Shown here: in pieces, positions 9,722 to 19,140 of the stretch
How the letters are laid out: every line of letters begins with the position of its first letter
Position numbering within the stretch: position 1 is the first letter of the stretch
IMG/VR virus record: IMGVR_UViG_3300046798_000124
Span: 10,168 to 74,167 of that record
Length of the DNA: 64,000 nt
Origin: a virus
Direction: 5' to 3' (one strand)
Program-made: the position numbers and the translations under genes
The notes under the pieces: generated by a model
Databases searched by the model: none
What the model saw: only the letters and a program-made list of their open reading frames with translations
What the model was told of the DNA's origin: nothing

Positions 9722-10191
9722 CAGTCACCTCCCACCTCAAAGCTCGACAGCACCGTGGCGGTATGCAGAAGCTCCGGCTCGCCGTCAAGCTGGCGACGGG
9801 CCTGTTCGGCCACGTAGGCGTCGAAGCCCGGATCACGGTTCTGCTCGGCGCGGCGGGCGGTCTCTAGCTTCGCTCCAGGACAGCGTGGTCCCGCGTGGAT
9901 AGCCCGTCCGTACGGCAGGACGTGCCGCAGCGCCTCGAGGCGGGTCGGGCCGAGCCTGGGGATCGACCGCAACAGCCAGTCCGGGCAGGGGATGAGCACC
10001 CGGTAACAGGTGATACCTGCCCGCCTGATGGCCATGATGGTGTCCCGATCCAGACCCAGCCCCGACCACTCGGCCTCGGCGATCTCATCGTCGTACGGGT
10101 CGTGCCAGTAGATCCGGTGCGCCTCCCAGAAGGGAGCCAGATGGGCGGTGCTGGTGCGGTAGCGGCGCTCGGGCGGCACGATCATGACCAT
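9721..10191 (-). CDS. protein with an RNA polymerase alpha-CTD-like HhH domain
   Basis: LGLDRDTIMAIRRAGIT...LLRSIPRLGPTRLEALRHVL resembles the alpha-CTD pattern LxLsxRxxNxLkRAGI...LLxIxNLGxKSLxEI. Confidence 0.6.
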   Translation of the reverse strand: MVMIVPPERRYRTSTAHLAPFWEAHRIYWHDPYDDEIAEAEWSGLGLDRDTIMAIRRAGITCYRVLIPCPDWLLRSIPRLGPTRLEALRHVLPYGRAIHAGPRCPGAKLETARRAEQNRDPGFDAYVAEQARRQLDGEPELLHTATVLSSFEVGGD

Positions 10192-10194
10192 GGC

Positions 10195-10995
10195 TCAACC
10201 CCCAAGCCCACTCGGTGAGGCCGGCAGCAGGTAGGCTCGGACACCGGCATCCTCGAAGACCTCGGCAAGCTCCTCCAGGAGCTCCTCGGCCTCGGTCTCA
10301 CTCCGGCACTCGACCACGAGCGGGTGGACGAGATCATCGACGGCCCCGAGGTGACCCCCGCGACCGCCACCCTGTGGACCGAAGGCCGCGCCGACAACCC
10401 GCCCCTCAGGCGCATCATCCACAGGCTCACGCTTCGAACGGGCCGCAAGTCCCGCCAGCATCACCTTCAGGGGATCGGCCTGGACCTGGGCCTTCGCAGC
10501 CAGTTCCGCCAGCTTCTGTCGGTCGGCGGTCGCCATGGCGCCAATCGGGTCATGGGTCGCCAGAATCGCGGCCTCATCCTCGTCGCTCTGGCAGTCGATC
10601 CAGCCCACCGGCACCACCGCCTGGCCGGTCCGGATCGCCTCAGCGACCCTGAGGTGGCCGTCGAGGATGCGTCCGGAGCGCCGGCTCACCAGGACCTCGC
10701 CGACGAAGCCCACCTCCTCGATCGCCGCTTCGAGCGCCTCACGCTGGGCGACGGGGTGGCCCCGAAAGTTATCGGGGTGGTTGATCAGGTCCGAGGGGTC
10801 GACGAGGTCGTGGGCGACGACGCGGAGGTGCCATGCTGGGGTGGCGGCTCGGCGATCATCAGTGCCAACAGGACCGCCAGCCCCTGAAACTGCCGATGCT
10901 GTCGTGGCAGGGGTGGCGTCGGCACCCTCAGGCGAGAGTCGCGGGTCGGCTCGATCCGCTGATGAGGACGCGGTGCTCCGTCTGCCATCAGACAT
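10195..10995 (-). CDS. ParB/Srx N-terminal domain protein
   Basis: HPDNFRGH...AAIEEVGF...ILDGHLRVAEA...VPV; start taken as ATG at 10995. Confidence 0.75.
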   Translation of the reverse strand: MSDGRRSTASSSADRADPRLSPEGADATPATTASAVSGAGGPVGTDDRRAATPAWHLRVVAHDLVDPSDLINHPDNFRGHPVAQREALEAAIEEVGFVGEVLVSRRSGRILDGHLRVAEAIRTGQAVVPVGWIDCQSDEDEAAILATHDPIGAMATADRQKLAELAAKAQVQADPLKVMLAGLAARSKREPVDDAPEGRVVGAAFGPQGGGRGGHLGAVDDLVHPLVVECRSETEAEELLEELAEVFEDAGVRAYLLPASPSGLGG

Positions 10996-11152
10996 GTGCC
11001 CGGGCCAGCGCATGGCAGACGACGAGACCAGCAGCGAGGAACGCGAGGGCCAGGTCCGAGAGACCAAACGGCCCCAACTGGCCAACGCCGATCGAAGCCA
11101 GGAGCGCCAGGACACCGGCGATGGCGTAGAGCGCGGTCGCACCAACCAGCAT
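10988..11152 (-). CDS. small membrane protein (two TM segments)
   Basis: MLVGATALYAIAGVLALLASIGVG...LALAFLAAGLVVC; GAGGGG RBS. Confidence 0.55.
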   Translation of the reverse strand: MLVGATALYAIAGVLALLASIGVGQLGPFGLSDLALAFLAAGLVVCHALARAHV

Positions 11153-11351
11153 GACGTCCCCCTCGCTGTGGTGATATTCCTCAACGGATTTCGTTGAGGA
11201 TACTGCACACTCCAGGGTCCATGATACCGCACGGGTACCCAAAGTCCACCCAAACGGCCCAGGAATGGGTACTCCCTGGTCGGCTTGACTGGCTGACCAT
11301 GAGTGAGGACTGTGACCGCACGTCTGCGGTCGGCGACTGAGGAGATGGAAC

Positions 11352-11537
11352 ATGCTTGAACAACGCCAGTGGTGCGAGGACATCGAGACGCTGCTGGGGT
11401 ATGACGCGCGACCCGAGCCGCATTCCCGCTGCCGTCGCTGCGGGAGGGTCTACAGATGGTCCGGGTTCGTGTCGATCAAGATCGGCCCGTGTATCGCTGA
11501 GCGCTGGCCGTGTCTGGAATCGTCGGCCGGCGACTGA
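11352..11537 (+). CDS. small Cys-containing hypothetical protein (inverted island)
   Basis: GAGGAG RBS within a 14-bp repeat; CRRC motif. Confidence 0.5.
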   Translation: MLEQRQWCEDIETLLGYDARPEPHSRCRRCGRVYRWSGFVSIKIGPCIAERWPCLESSAGD

Positions 11538-11550
11538 GGAGGTGCGGGGG

Positions 11551-11841
11551 ATGGACAAGACAAGACTGGCTGAGATCAGACGCATCGCTCAGCATGCCGT
11601 CGATTATCCGTCAGTGACGGTTGGTGGCAGCATGTCGATGCCGTCATGGACGACGCAGCTCGGCGGCGCGGTGCTCGACCTCTTGGTCGAGCGGGCAGCT
11701 ATGCGGGCGGCGGGTGATGGGATGGCGCAGTGGTTGGAGACGTTGACGGAGCTTCACCCGGAGGCGCACTACAGCCGCGCGGCACTCCAGGCATGGCGGG
11801 CGCTCGCCGGCCAGGACGCGGCGACTGAGGAGGGGTCTTGA
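11551..11841 (+). CDS. hypothetical protein (inverted island)
   Basis: MDKTRLAEIRRI...; GAGGAGG RBS in the second repeat copy. Confidence 0.55.
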   Translation: MDKTRLAEIRRIAQHAVDYPSVTVGGSMSMPSWTTQLGGAVLDLLVERAAMRAAGDGMAQWLETLTELHPEAHYSRAALQAWRALAGQDAATEEGS

Positions 11842-12365
11842 CAGGATATTGTCCAGATTGCGGTGGAACCGCGTGCATCTGCCCGGTGCCGTCTGCCGCG
11901 ACGGATGACCATGAGCCGTGGGTGTACGGCGACCCAATGACGCCAGCACGCCTCGCCCGCATTCGTCAGGCAGCGAACGGCCCGTACGGCGTCACTGACG
12001 AGATGGCGGACGACCTGCTGGCCGAGGTCGCTCGCCTGCGATCCGAGCTCCACGATGCCAACGTTGCGGCGGTCGGCGCGGCCATGCTCCGTCAGAACAC
12101 GCTCAAGGAGCGGGACGCGCTGCGGGAGGCGATGGAGCGCATCGCGTACGGACCATGCGAACCCGGTTGCTATTCGGAGCGCGGATCGCCGTGCATATGC
12201 TGGCTAGACGTTGCGAGGCGGGCGCTCGCCGGGCGTGGCGAGGCAGTCCTACCCGACCCGCTCGACGGTGAAGTGGCACCATCTGAGCCACAGGATCGTC
12301 GGGACATCCCAGGTGGAGATACTGAGCGCGGCGTAGCGAATCTCGGCCAGGCCCCTGGCGGTTAG
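11838..12365 (+). CDS. hypothetical coiled-coil protein (possibly Ead/Ea22-like)
   Basis: LLAEVARLR...ERDALREAMERIA...ARRALAG; 3' end overlaps the convergent gene. Confidence 0.5.
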   Translation: MTGYCPDCGGTACICPVPSAATDDHEPWVYGDPMTPARLARIRQAANGPYGVTDEMADDLLAEVARLRSELHDANVAAVGAAMLRQNTLKERDALREAMERIAYGPCEPGCYSERGSPCICWLDVARRALAGRGEAVLPDPLDGEVAPSEPQDRRDIPGGDTERGVANLGQAPGG

Positions 12366-12722
12366 GTACACGGCGTCGTAGACCTCGGCCAGTTGCTCGA
12401 AGTCAATGGTCGGATCCGACCATTGGTCCGGCATCCAACGGTAGGGGCGATCCGCCACCGCAAGTTGAAAGCCGAGCCAGCTGTCGATCTCATAGACGAG
12501 CGGGTTCTCGGCCGTCACCCGCCAGAGCGCCCCGTCCTTCAGAAAGCCGGGATTGTCCGTCCCGAGGCACCAGTCCATCCAGAGCGACGGCAGTCCAGGG
12601 ACCTCCGGACAGGTCCAGAGTCCACCCGAGGGCTTGCCCAGTGGTCCGGCGTCCTTCATCGAGATCGGATTCCAGCGCTCCGGCACCGGCTCATCGCCAA
12701 CGAAGATGCTGCTGAGCGCCAC
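12249..12722 (-). CDS. hypothetical protein
   Basis: 157 aa globular-looking ORF (KPSGGLWT...YDAVYLT...TWDVPTILWL). Confidence 0.6.
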   Translation of the reverse strand: MALSSIFVGDEPVPERWNPISMKDAGPLGKPSGGLWTCPEVPGLPSLWMDWCLGTDNPGFLKDGALWRVTAENPLVYEIDSWLGFQLAVADRPYRWMPDQWSDPTIDFEQLAEVYDAVYLTARGLAEIRYAALSISTWDVPTILWLRWCHFTVERVG

Positions 12723-13282
12723 CGGCTACTCCCACGGCCCATGGGTGCGCTCCGGGTTCAGCACGACCGCGACCATCCAGATGTCGAGGATCGGGATGAG
12801 CTTCTGCCACTCGTCCTGGTCATCGAGATCGCTCCAGCGGTGCTCAACCGCGGTGACGCGCGCCTGAAGTGGCGGACCAACTGGACGGTCAAGATCCTGG
12901 ATAGGCCAGGGCAGGCACAGAAGCTCACCAACACGGGGAACGGCCTCAACCTCAAGCTCGATCTGATGCGACTCCGTGAGACGACGGTCATCAGGATGCC
13001 CGCTGGGGTGCAGCTCGACCCAGACCCGCATGTCAGGCCTCGGTCTCGGTCTGGCCGGTGTCCTCCAGGTCGGCGATGGTGCCGATGGGCGCGAAGTCCT
13101 TGACACCCAGGAGGACGCGGTCGCCGTGGCGCAGGTAGATGATGTCGTAGGGACCGTGTTCTGGCGGCCAGCAGACCAGCGCCGTCGCCCGCCAGGGGGC
13201 ACCTGGACGGCTGAGGTAGACGGCGGCGTACTCCTGGCCACGGAAGCGGTAGATGCCACCCTCACGGAGCGGGCTCACGGTG

Positions 13283-13720
13283 TCAGGTGCCGCCATAGTC
13301 CACCCCATAGATCGCCCGCAGGTAGGTCTCCTCCGAGACCAGCGGCCGGAGCGCCGCCATCAGCCGCTCGGCGCGCGCGGCCAGGCGCTTCGGACAATCG
13401 TGGTGGACCTCGACGCGGCCGAACCTCGGCTGAAGACAGGTGGAGTAGTGCTCGATCGTCTGGTGGCCGTCGTAGGTGCCAGAGGTCGTACAGGTTGGAC
13501 AGGCATGGATGGCCTCGGTATCGAAGCCGTCGGCAGCGAGCAGCACCCAGCCCTCCTCACCCACAAAGACACCCTTATGCCAGCCGGGCTTGACGCCATC
13601 GACCGTGGCGTAGAGCGTGGTCCCACAGGCGTCGTAGTCGTGGTAGCTCGGGTCGTCTCGACGGAACGCCGGCACCATGTCAGGCCGGCAGTTCAAACAG
13701 CCATGCACGTGCTCCGTCAT
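13283..13720 (-). CDS. Cys-rich hypothetical protein
   Basis: 145 aa, RBS-preceded; part of a tightly packed run of small - strand ORFs from 12.7 to 15.5 kb. Confidence 0.55.
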   Translation of the reverse strand: MTEHVHGCLNCRPDMVPAFRRDDPSYHDYDACGTTLYATVDGVKPGWHKGVFVGEEGWVLLAADGFDTEAIHACPTCTTSGTYDGHQTIEHYSTCLQPRFGRVEVHHDCPKRLAARAERLMAALRPLVSEETYLRAIYGVDYGGT

Positions 13721-14066
13721 GTCGGACTCCCGTCCTGCTTCCAGGCGGTGAGACAGGCGAAGCCACAGAACACCAGGTCACCGGTCTGGGCTCGGGGCAG
13801 TGTGATCCGGGTGTAGGTCGGCAGGCGCTTCCCACAGCCCGTGCAGTGGGTCGACTCAGCGGGCTTCGTGGCGGCCATCGTACACCTCCCCCCACGGCAT
13901 GGTACACCGACCACTGGCCGGCCAAAGACGGCTGTTTTCGACGGGTTTCGGCCGTCTTACGGCGCATATGCGGCGGCGTATGACCAGAATCGGCGCGTTG
14001 GTGCGACGCGCGTGGGGATCTCTCGAAGGGGGCGCCGAGTGGCGAACATATTGATTCATAGCTCCG

Positions 14067-14531
14067 TCACTCGGGATCGTGGACCGGCGGCAGGGCCTCG
14101 TCGGCGGCCTGAAAGGCGTCGAGGGCAGCCGAGGTTGCTTCGGCGGCGGCGGTTAGCATGCGCCTCCGGGTCTCCTCCGGCGCCTGGTGGTGGTTGTAGT
14201 AGGTGGTCAGCAGGAGATCAGCGGAGGCGAGGACGACGCGGGCGAGTGCCAGGCGCGTCCAGACGTAGCGCAGCTGCTGGCGCTGATGCTCGGCCTCAGC
14301 CGAGGCGTAGAGCGCCATCGCGGCCGCGGCCTGACCTGGGGGGTAGCGCGGCGGCTCTTCGGGAGTACCGACGCCTGGGCGCACGTGCTCCTCCATCAGG
14401 GCCGCGGCATAGACCAGGTGGCTCACGATCTCCTGTGCCACGCGCGGGGACAGATCCTGGCCGGCGGTATGCACGACGTCGAAGCTGGTCCTGACGGCCT
14501 CCAGCACCACCGCCGCTACCTTCGGGTCCAT
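14067..14531 (-). CDS. hypothetical helical protein
   Basis: ATG coupled to the upstream TGA at 14531. Confidence 0.55.
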   Translation of the reverse strand: MDPKVAAVVLEAVRTSFDVVHTAGQDLSPRVAQEIVSHLVYAAALMEEHVRPGVGTPEEPPRYPPGQAAAAMALYASAEAEHQRQQLRYVWTRLALARVVLASADLLLTTYYNHHQAPEETRRRMLTAAAEATSAALDAFQAADEALPPVHDPE

Positions 14532-14856
14532 CAGCGGGGCGCGTCCCACCGCGAGCGGGGCCTCGGGACACCAGGATTCCCGCGACTGGGATGCTGCGAG
14601 CTGTCAGCGCAGCGGGTACAGACCAGCGCCGAGCACGAGAGTCGCACCAGGAAGTCACCGGCCGATCCCAGACCGAGGTTGTTACACCAGAACCAGATCG
14701 AAACCCAGGCCTCACCGCCACGACGGACCTCACTCACCTCACGGACGTAGTGAACCCGACCGGTGGTCCGGATCCGAAAGTAGGACGGTGGGTCCGGCAG
14801 GACGGTGACGCCCCGATCAGGCATAGCCCGCTCGTACTCGGGCAGGCGCACCACGG

Positions 14857-15156
14857 CTAGCCACGGCCAGGTCGAGCTGCCGCAACCGTGGGGACGATGG
14901 AGGCCTGCTCGCGCTCAGTGAACGGGGCCTCGGCCATCACGACCCCGAGCGCCTTCGCCAGGTCCTCCCCCACCGCTCGGGCGGAATCCCGCACGGCAAG
15001 GCCAATCGTCTTCTCCAACCCCGGCGGGCCATCGGCCACCTTCACGTCGATGTCAACGGCGATCCCCACCTGCGTGGTCACCACTGTCACCTGGATCCCG
15101 ACAGCCAGCAACCCAGCATTGGGAAGCTGCAACGGCGGGCGCTTCTTCCTGGTCAT
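14857..15156 (-). CDS. hypothetical protein
   Basis: 99 aa, coupled start/stop. Confidence 0.5.
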   Translation of the reverse strand: MTRKKRPPLQLPNAGLLAVGIQVTVVTTQVGIAVDIDVKVADGPPGLEKTIGLAVRDSARAVGEDLAKALGVVMAEAPFTEREQASIVPTVAAARPGRG

Positions 15157-15509
15157 CAGACGGCATCCTCGGGCGGGGCGGCGGCGTCCTGGACCGCCCC
15201 AGCATAGTCAGCCAGGGTCAGCAGCAGCGTCCGGAGGGTCGGAGTGATGGCATCAGCCCCGAGGGTCAGACCCGGGACGAACGGCTCGGTCTGTTCGGCA
15301 CTGTGCAGCGCAGCTTCCATCAGCAGCATGGCGACGTCGTGATCAGAGGCGTCGACGCGGTGGTAGACGATCTCGAAGAGCGCGGCGAGGTGCAGGCTGA
15401 GATCATAGAACCACTCCAGGCGGGCAGCGACGGCGGCCGCGCGGTCAGAGAGGAGCGCGGGATCCTGCGTCATCAGGCCTCCTGGCGTACCGACGACGGT
15501 ACGGGCCAC
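15156..15509 (-). CDS. hypothetical protein, first gene of the left arm
   Basis: 117 aa with GGAG RBS. Confidence 0.5.
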   Translation of the reverse strand: MARTVVGTPGGLMTQDPALLSDRAAAVAARLEWFYDLSLHLAALFEIVYHRVDASDHDVAMLLMEAALHSAEQTEPFVPGLTLGADAITPTLRTLLLTLADYAGAVQDAAAPPEDAV

Positions 15510-16102
15510 TCATGTCTCCAGGATAGCACCAGAACGGCCGTGCTGAAAATCCGGAGCAAAAAAATACCCGGACCCCTGACAGCCAGCCAAAGCCCGGGAT
15601 CCGGGTACCGCATGGAGGGACGGCGTACGGTGGCCAGCACGCCGATACCCGAGGATAGCAGAACACCCGGTCAGTAGGGACGCACCCCCGGGACCGGGTG
15701 TCCATAGGCGAGGGGCTAAGACTCGCCCACCGCAGCATAGCAGAGAGATCCGGACCCAGAAAAGAGATGGCCCCATAGCGGAGGGAAAAACAGGAGGGAT
15801 GGTCGGTACAGCGCAGAGAAGTGAGATAGAGCAAGGGGTTGGGTGGGGACCATGAGCGGTACAGCCGTCCCGGGTTGGCGGCACGTTGCGCTCCCGGCTG
15901 CGCTGGACTCCGCGCTGGTACCGGTACCGAGCTATCGCCAGCACCTGACCTGGTTGTCAGTACTCGAGCATCATGCCTCGGGTGTCGGTAGAGCTGTGTC
16001 CTGTCGTCGATATCCGTACGGCCGGCCGGTAGCAGTAGCACCGGGCCTAGGCCGGTCGCGCGTACACACACGAGAACAACACGGCACACGGATGAGCGCT
16101 GG

Positions 16103-16263
16103 CCGGTAGCACGCCTATCTACTCGGTATGTGGCCCGGTGCCAGCAGCCCGGTAGTCGCCCGTTCTACTCGATAGGCCATGCGCCACCAGTACGCCGGTA
16201 GCCTTCACTGCTACTCGAAGTAACCCATACCCTACGCTCGCCGGCTACCACCCGGCCTACTCG
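16103..16263. repeat. four-copy array CCGGTAG-N9-CTACTCG with exact 46-bp period
   Basis: CCGGTAG at 16103, 16149, 16195 (CCGGCTA at 16241); CTACTCG at 16119, 16165, 16211, 16257. Confidence 0.85.
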
Positions 16264-16278
16264 GTACCGGGCCTACCC

Positions 16279-16308
16279 TTGACACTGGGGTATACCGTGG
16301 TGTACCGT
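16279..16308 (+). promoter_or_regulatory. sigma70-type early promoter with GGTATACC operator in the spacer
   Basis: TTGACA-18-TACCGT; GGTATACC at 16289-16296. Confidence 0.75.
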
Positions 16309-16338
16309 TAGGCCACCTTGACAACGGAGCGGCTAAGC

Positions 16339-16683
16339 ATGTCTTACACGCCACGCAATCCCGGCCTTCACAACCTGAGCGCACTACCGAGTGTTTTGCC
16401 ACTGCCTACCCCATACGTCGAACGTGCCTATCCCATGGCAGACGATAGCCCGGCTACCGGCGAGTGCTACTGCTCGGCCGACTGCGTGCGTGGCGAGCCC
16501 GGCGACACGTGCGACTGTACTGAGTGCCATGATGCCGAGTGGCTCACCATGACACCAGTACAGCGTATGTACTGCATGGATCATGCGGCCGGCCGTCACC
16601 GGCTACTCGCCCGGTCCGGGTGCCCGATGGCCGAATGTGCCGAACGTATCGCACGTAACCCGTACGTGAATGGGCATAGGTAA
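16339..16683 (+). CDS. Cys-rich hypothetical protein
   Basis: First ORF after the promoter; GGAG RBS; start uncertain. Confidence 0.5.
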   Translation: MSYTPRNPGLHNLSALPSVLPLPTPYVERAYPMADDSPATGECYCSADCVRGEPGDTCDCTECHDAEWLTMTPVQRMYCMDHAAGRHRLLARSGCPMAECAERIARNPYVNGHR

Positions 16684-16687
16684 CCCT

Positions 16688-17167
16688 ATGGATACGATGC
16701 CAGACACCACATGTCTACGCTGTGGTGGCGCCATGACATACCGTAACGATGCGTACCAGTATTGCCGTACATGTTTCTTCACTGGTAATGCGCATCATCG
16801 GGATATGTATGCTCCACTCATGGCACAGTTTCAGATGCTTCCACAGGTTGCCAGTGTGTATGTGAATCACACTGGCGGAGGATGTTTCGGTCTAGCAGTA
16901 CAGCTGTCCGATAGTCGGTACGCCTTTATGACCGATGCGTACTACGATGAAACTACCGGCGCGCTAGAGTACGATGCTACGCTGGACAACGGCCCGGATG
17001 GCCTACACTGCATGGTGCTGTATCCATCTGAGGATTCGTTCTACGATGACAACGACAGTACCGTATTGGAGTACGGTACCGGCCCGCATCTAGTCGAGTG
17101 GCTAGCCGGCCATATCTTCCTTGCTCATGAGATGAAGCTTCAAGATGAAGGATGGGCGCCGTCATGA
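16688..17167 (+). CDS. hypothetical protein with N-terminal Zn ribbon
   Basis: CLRCGG...CRTC; acidic C-terminus. Confidence 0.6.
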   Translation: MDTMPDTTCLRCGGAMTYRNDAYQYCRTCFFTGNAHHRDMYAPLMAQFQMLPQVASVYVNHTGGGCFGLAVQLSDSRYAFMTDAYYDETTGALEYDATLDNGPDGLHCMVLYPSEDSFYDDNDSTVLEYGTGPHLVEWLAGHIFLAHEMKLQDEGWAPS

Positions 17168-17379
17168 AGTGGCAGATTCGTTACTCGTATGCGGAACGGC
17201 CGAACGATTCACAGCTGTACGATGCGTACACCACCCGGACGCGCGCGCGTGCAACACTGGCCCGGCTCGCGGCCCGGTATGCATCCCAGTACGGCGACCG
17301 GCATGTCCGGTATCTCACGCCGGACAACATCGTCATAGCCGGCCGTACCGGATTCGACATCGTCAAGCGCTCGTCCTAG
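17164..17379 (+). CDS. hypothetical protein
   Basis: ATGA overlap with the upstream gene. Confidence 0.55.
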   Translation: MKWQIRYSYAERPNDSQLYDAYTTRTRARATLARLAARYASQYGDRHVRYLTPDNIVIAGRTGFDIVKRSS

Positions 17380-17462
17380 GATCGATCCGGCCGATAGCCG
17401 GCGAGTAACTCGCCGGCCTTCGAGTGGACCTATCCACTAGATCTCACAGCGGAGTAGACCCC

Positions 17463-18305
17463 ATGGCAACGTATAGCGCGCGTACCCTGAAGGCATCCCT
17501 AGGCTTTACCAGTCTCACGACGCCGGACGGCTATAACCCGAAACTGAAGAAAGGCCGGGCACAAGGGTACTCTTCGCTCATTCTGCATTTGGCCCCGGCG
17601 AAGCTGTCCGGCTATGACGTGTGCCAGTACGCGTCGGACCGGTGCCGGGCCGTTTGCCTTAACACGGCCGGCCATGGCGGGATCATCCGTCGAGGCGAAA
17701 CCACCAACGCTATCCAGACGGCCCGGATCGCCCGGACGCGTTGGCTGTTCGAAGATCGGCCGTCCTTTATGGCCCAGCTGGCCCATGAGATCACAACGCA
17801 TATCCGGCGAGCCCGGGCGCATGGTATGACGCCGGCCGTGCGTTTGAACGGTACCAGTGATCTTCCATGGGAAAAGATCACTGGCCCGGATGGCCGGACC
17901 ATCCTGGACAGCTTCGAGCGTGTCCAATTCTACGATTACACGAAAAGCGCCGGCCGCGCGCTTGCCTTCGCGGCCGGGCTTATGCCTTCGAACTACCACC
18001 TAACCTTTAGTCGCTCCGAGTCCAATGCGCTGGACGTGTCGGCCGTTCTCCGGGCCGGCGTCAACGTGGCAGCCGTGTTTGCCACGGCCGAACTACCGGC
18101 CGAGTGGAACGGCTCGCCGGTCATATCCGGCGACCATGATGATCTGCGATTCCTGGATCGCCGGCCGGCCATCGTTGGGCTAAAGGCAAAGGGAAAGGCC
18201 CGGCGCGACATCTCCGGATTCGTCATCCGTCCGGAGGATGCCCGGCCGGCTCTTGTCCTGCCGATGTTCGCTCAGGGTATGGCGCGCCCATCTATCGCCA
18301 TCTAG
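17463..18305 (+). CDS. GP88-family phage protein (Cys-motif, radical-SAM-like)
   Basis: VCQYASDRCRAVCL, VRLNGTSDLPWE, FYDYTK, NYHLTFSRSE, GDHDDLRFLD, VGLKAKG motifs. Confidence 0.8.
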   Translation: MATYSARTLKASLGFTSLTTPDGYNPKLKKGRAQGYSSLILHLAPAKLSGYDVCQYASDRCRAVCLNTAGHGGIIRRGETTNAIQTARIARTRWLFEDRPSFMAQLAHEITTHIRRARAHGMTPAVRLNGTSDLPWEKITGPDGRTILDSFERVQFYDYTKSAGRALAFAAGLMPSNYHLTFSRSESNALDVSAVLRAGVNVAAVFATAELPAEWNGSPVISGDHDDLRFLDRRPAIVGLKAKGKARRDISGFVIRPEDARPALVLPMFAQGMARPSIAI

Positions 18306-18310
18306 ACCCC

Positions 18311-18344
18311 ACAGGCCCGGCCTATCACAGGCCGGGCTGTTTTC
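18311..18344 (+). terminator. intrinsic terminator
   Basis: GCCCGGCCT/AGGCCGGGC stem followed by TGTTTT, just after the GP88 stop. Confidence 0.7.
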
Positions 18345-18453
18345 GTTAAGGGAGTTGCTCATGTCCAGACTCACAGCCGTTGTCGTGGTGTACGTGTCGA
18401 CGTTGGCAAGCGTCACAGCTGTTGCCGTGGCCTACCTGTCGCACTAGCCTAGC

Positions 18454-18760
18454 CAAACGAGCCCGGCCCATCATGGGCCGGGCTCGTTTGCTTTAACACG
18501 CGTCCTAGGCCGGCCTAGGACGCGTCCACAGCCCGGATCGGCCGATAGTCGACCTATCGGCCGTGTTTGCTTTAAGCGAGCCTACAGCGTTGCCACTGTC
18601 CACCGGTCCGATACCCCACAGCACCCGGCGAGCCGTCAACGGCTCGCCGGCGCGTTCTGACGCGTCCGGCGCGCCTAGGCCGGTGCTGTGGCCACCATTG
18701 GCCATAGCTACCCTGTGGACGCGTCCTAGGACGGCCGGTACCGTCGACGGTACCGGCGAG
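18454..18760. repeat. cluster of long perfect or near-perfect palindromes
   Basis: 18454-18490 (18-bp arms), 18498-18525 (perfect 28 bp), 18539-18563, 18625-18650, 18734-18757 (perfect 24 bp). Confidence 0.85.
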
Positions 18761-19140
18761 CCTATCCCGGCCGATGGTAGGCCCGGAACGCTCGCCGGCC
18801 GTAGCGTTACGTTACGCGTTACGATAGGCCCGGCCGACGGTACCCTGACTCGATTGTCCGTTGTCCGGTGTCAGGACGTGCGCGGCCAGGCCGCCGTGTC
18901 AGCTGACCCCGGTGTCAGGTCTCGGATGTCGCGACGACGACGGCCTGGCCTGGATGTCATAGGTCGGCCGACGCCGGCCGTCCGGAGCGGCCGGGAGCTC
19001 GGTCCGAAACGTCCTGACGCCGATGTCATGGCGACAGCGACCAGCTCGAGCCGTCACGCCAGCTGGAGCATGACCTCGGCGCCTGGCCGCCCCTGTCAGG
19101 ACCGCCCCGCCAGGTCGAGCTGGTCACGACCTCGACGACC

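Noticed and set aside
16103-16263. CRISPR mini-array
   Set aside because: The periodic unit has a variable 9-nt core and only two 7-nt conserved blocks; no cas genes are present.
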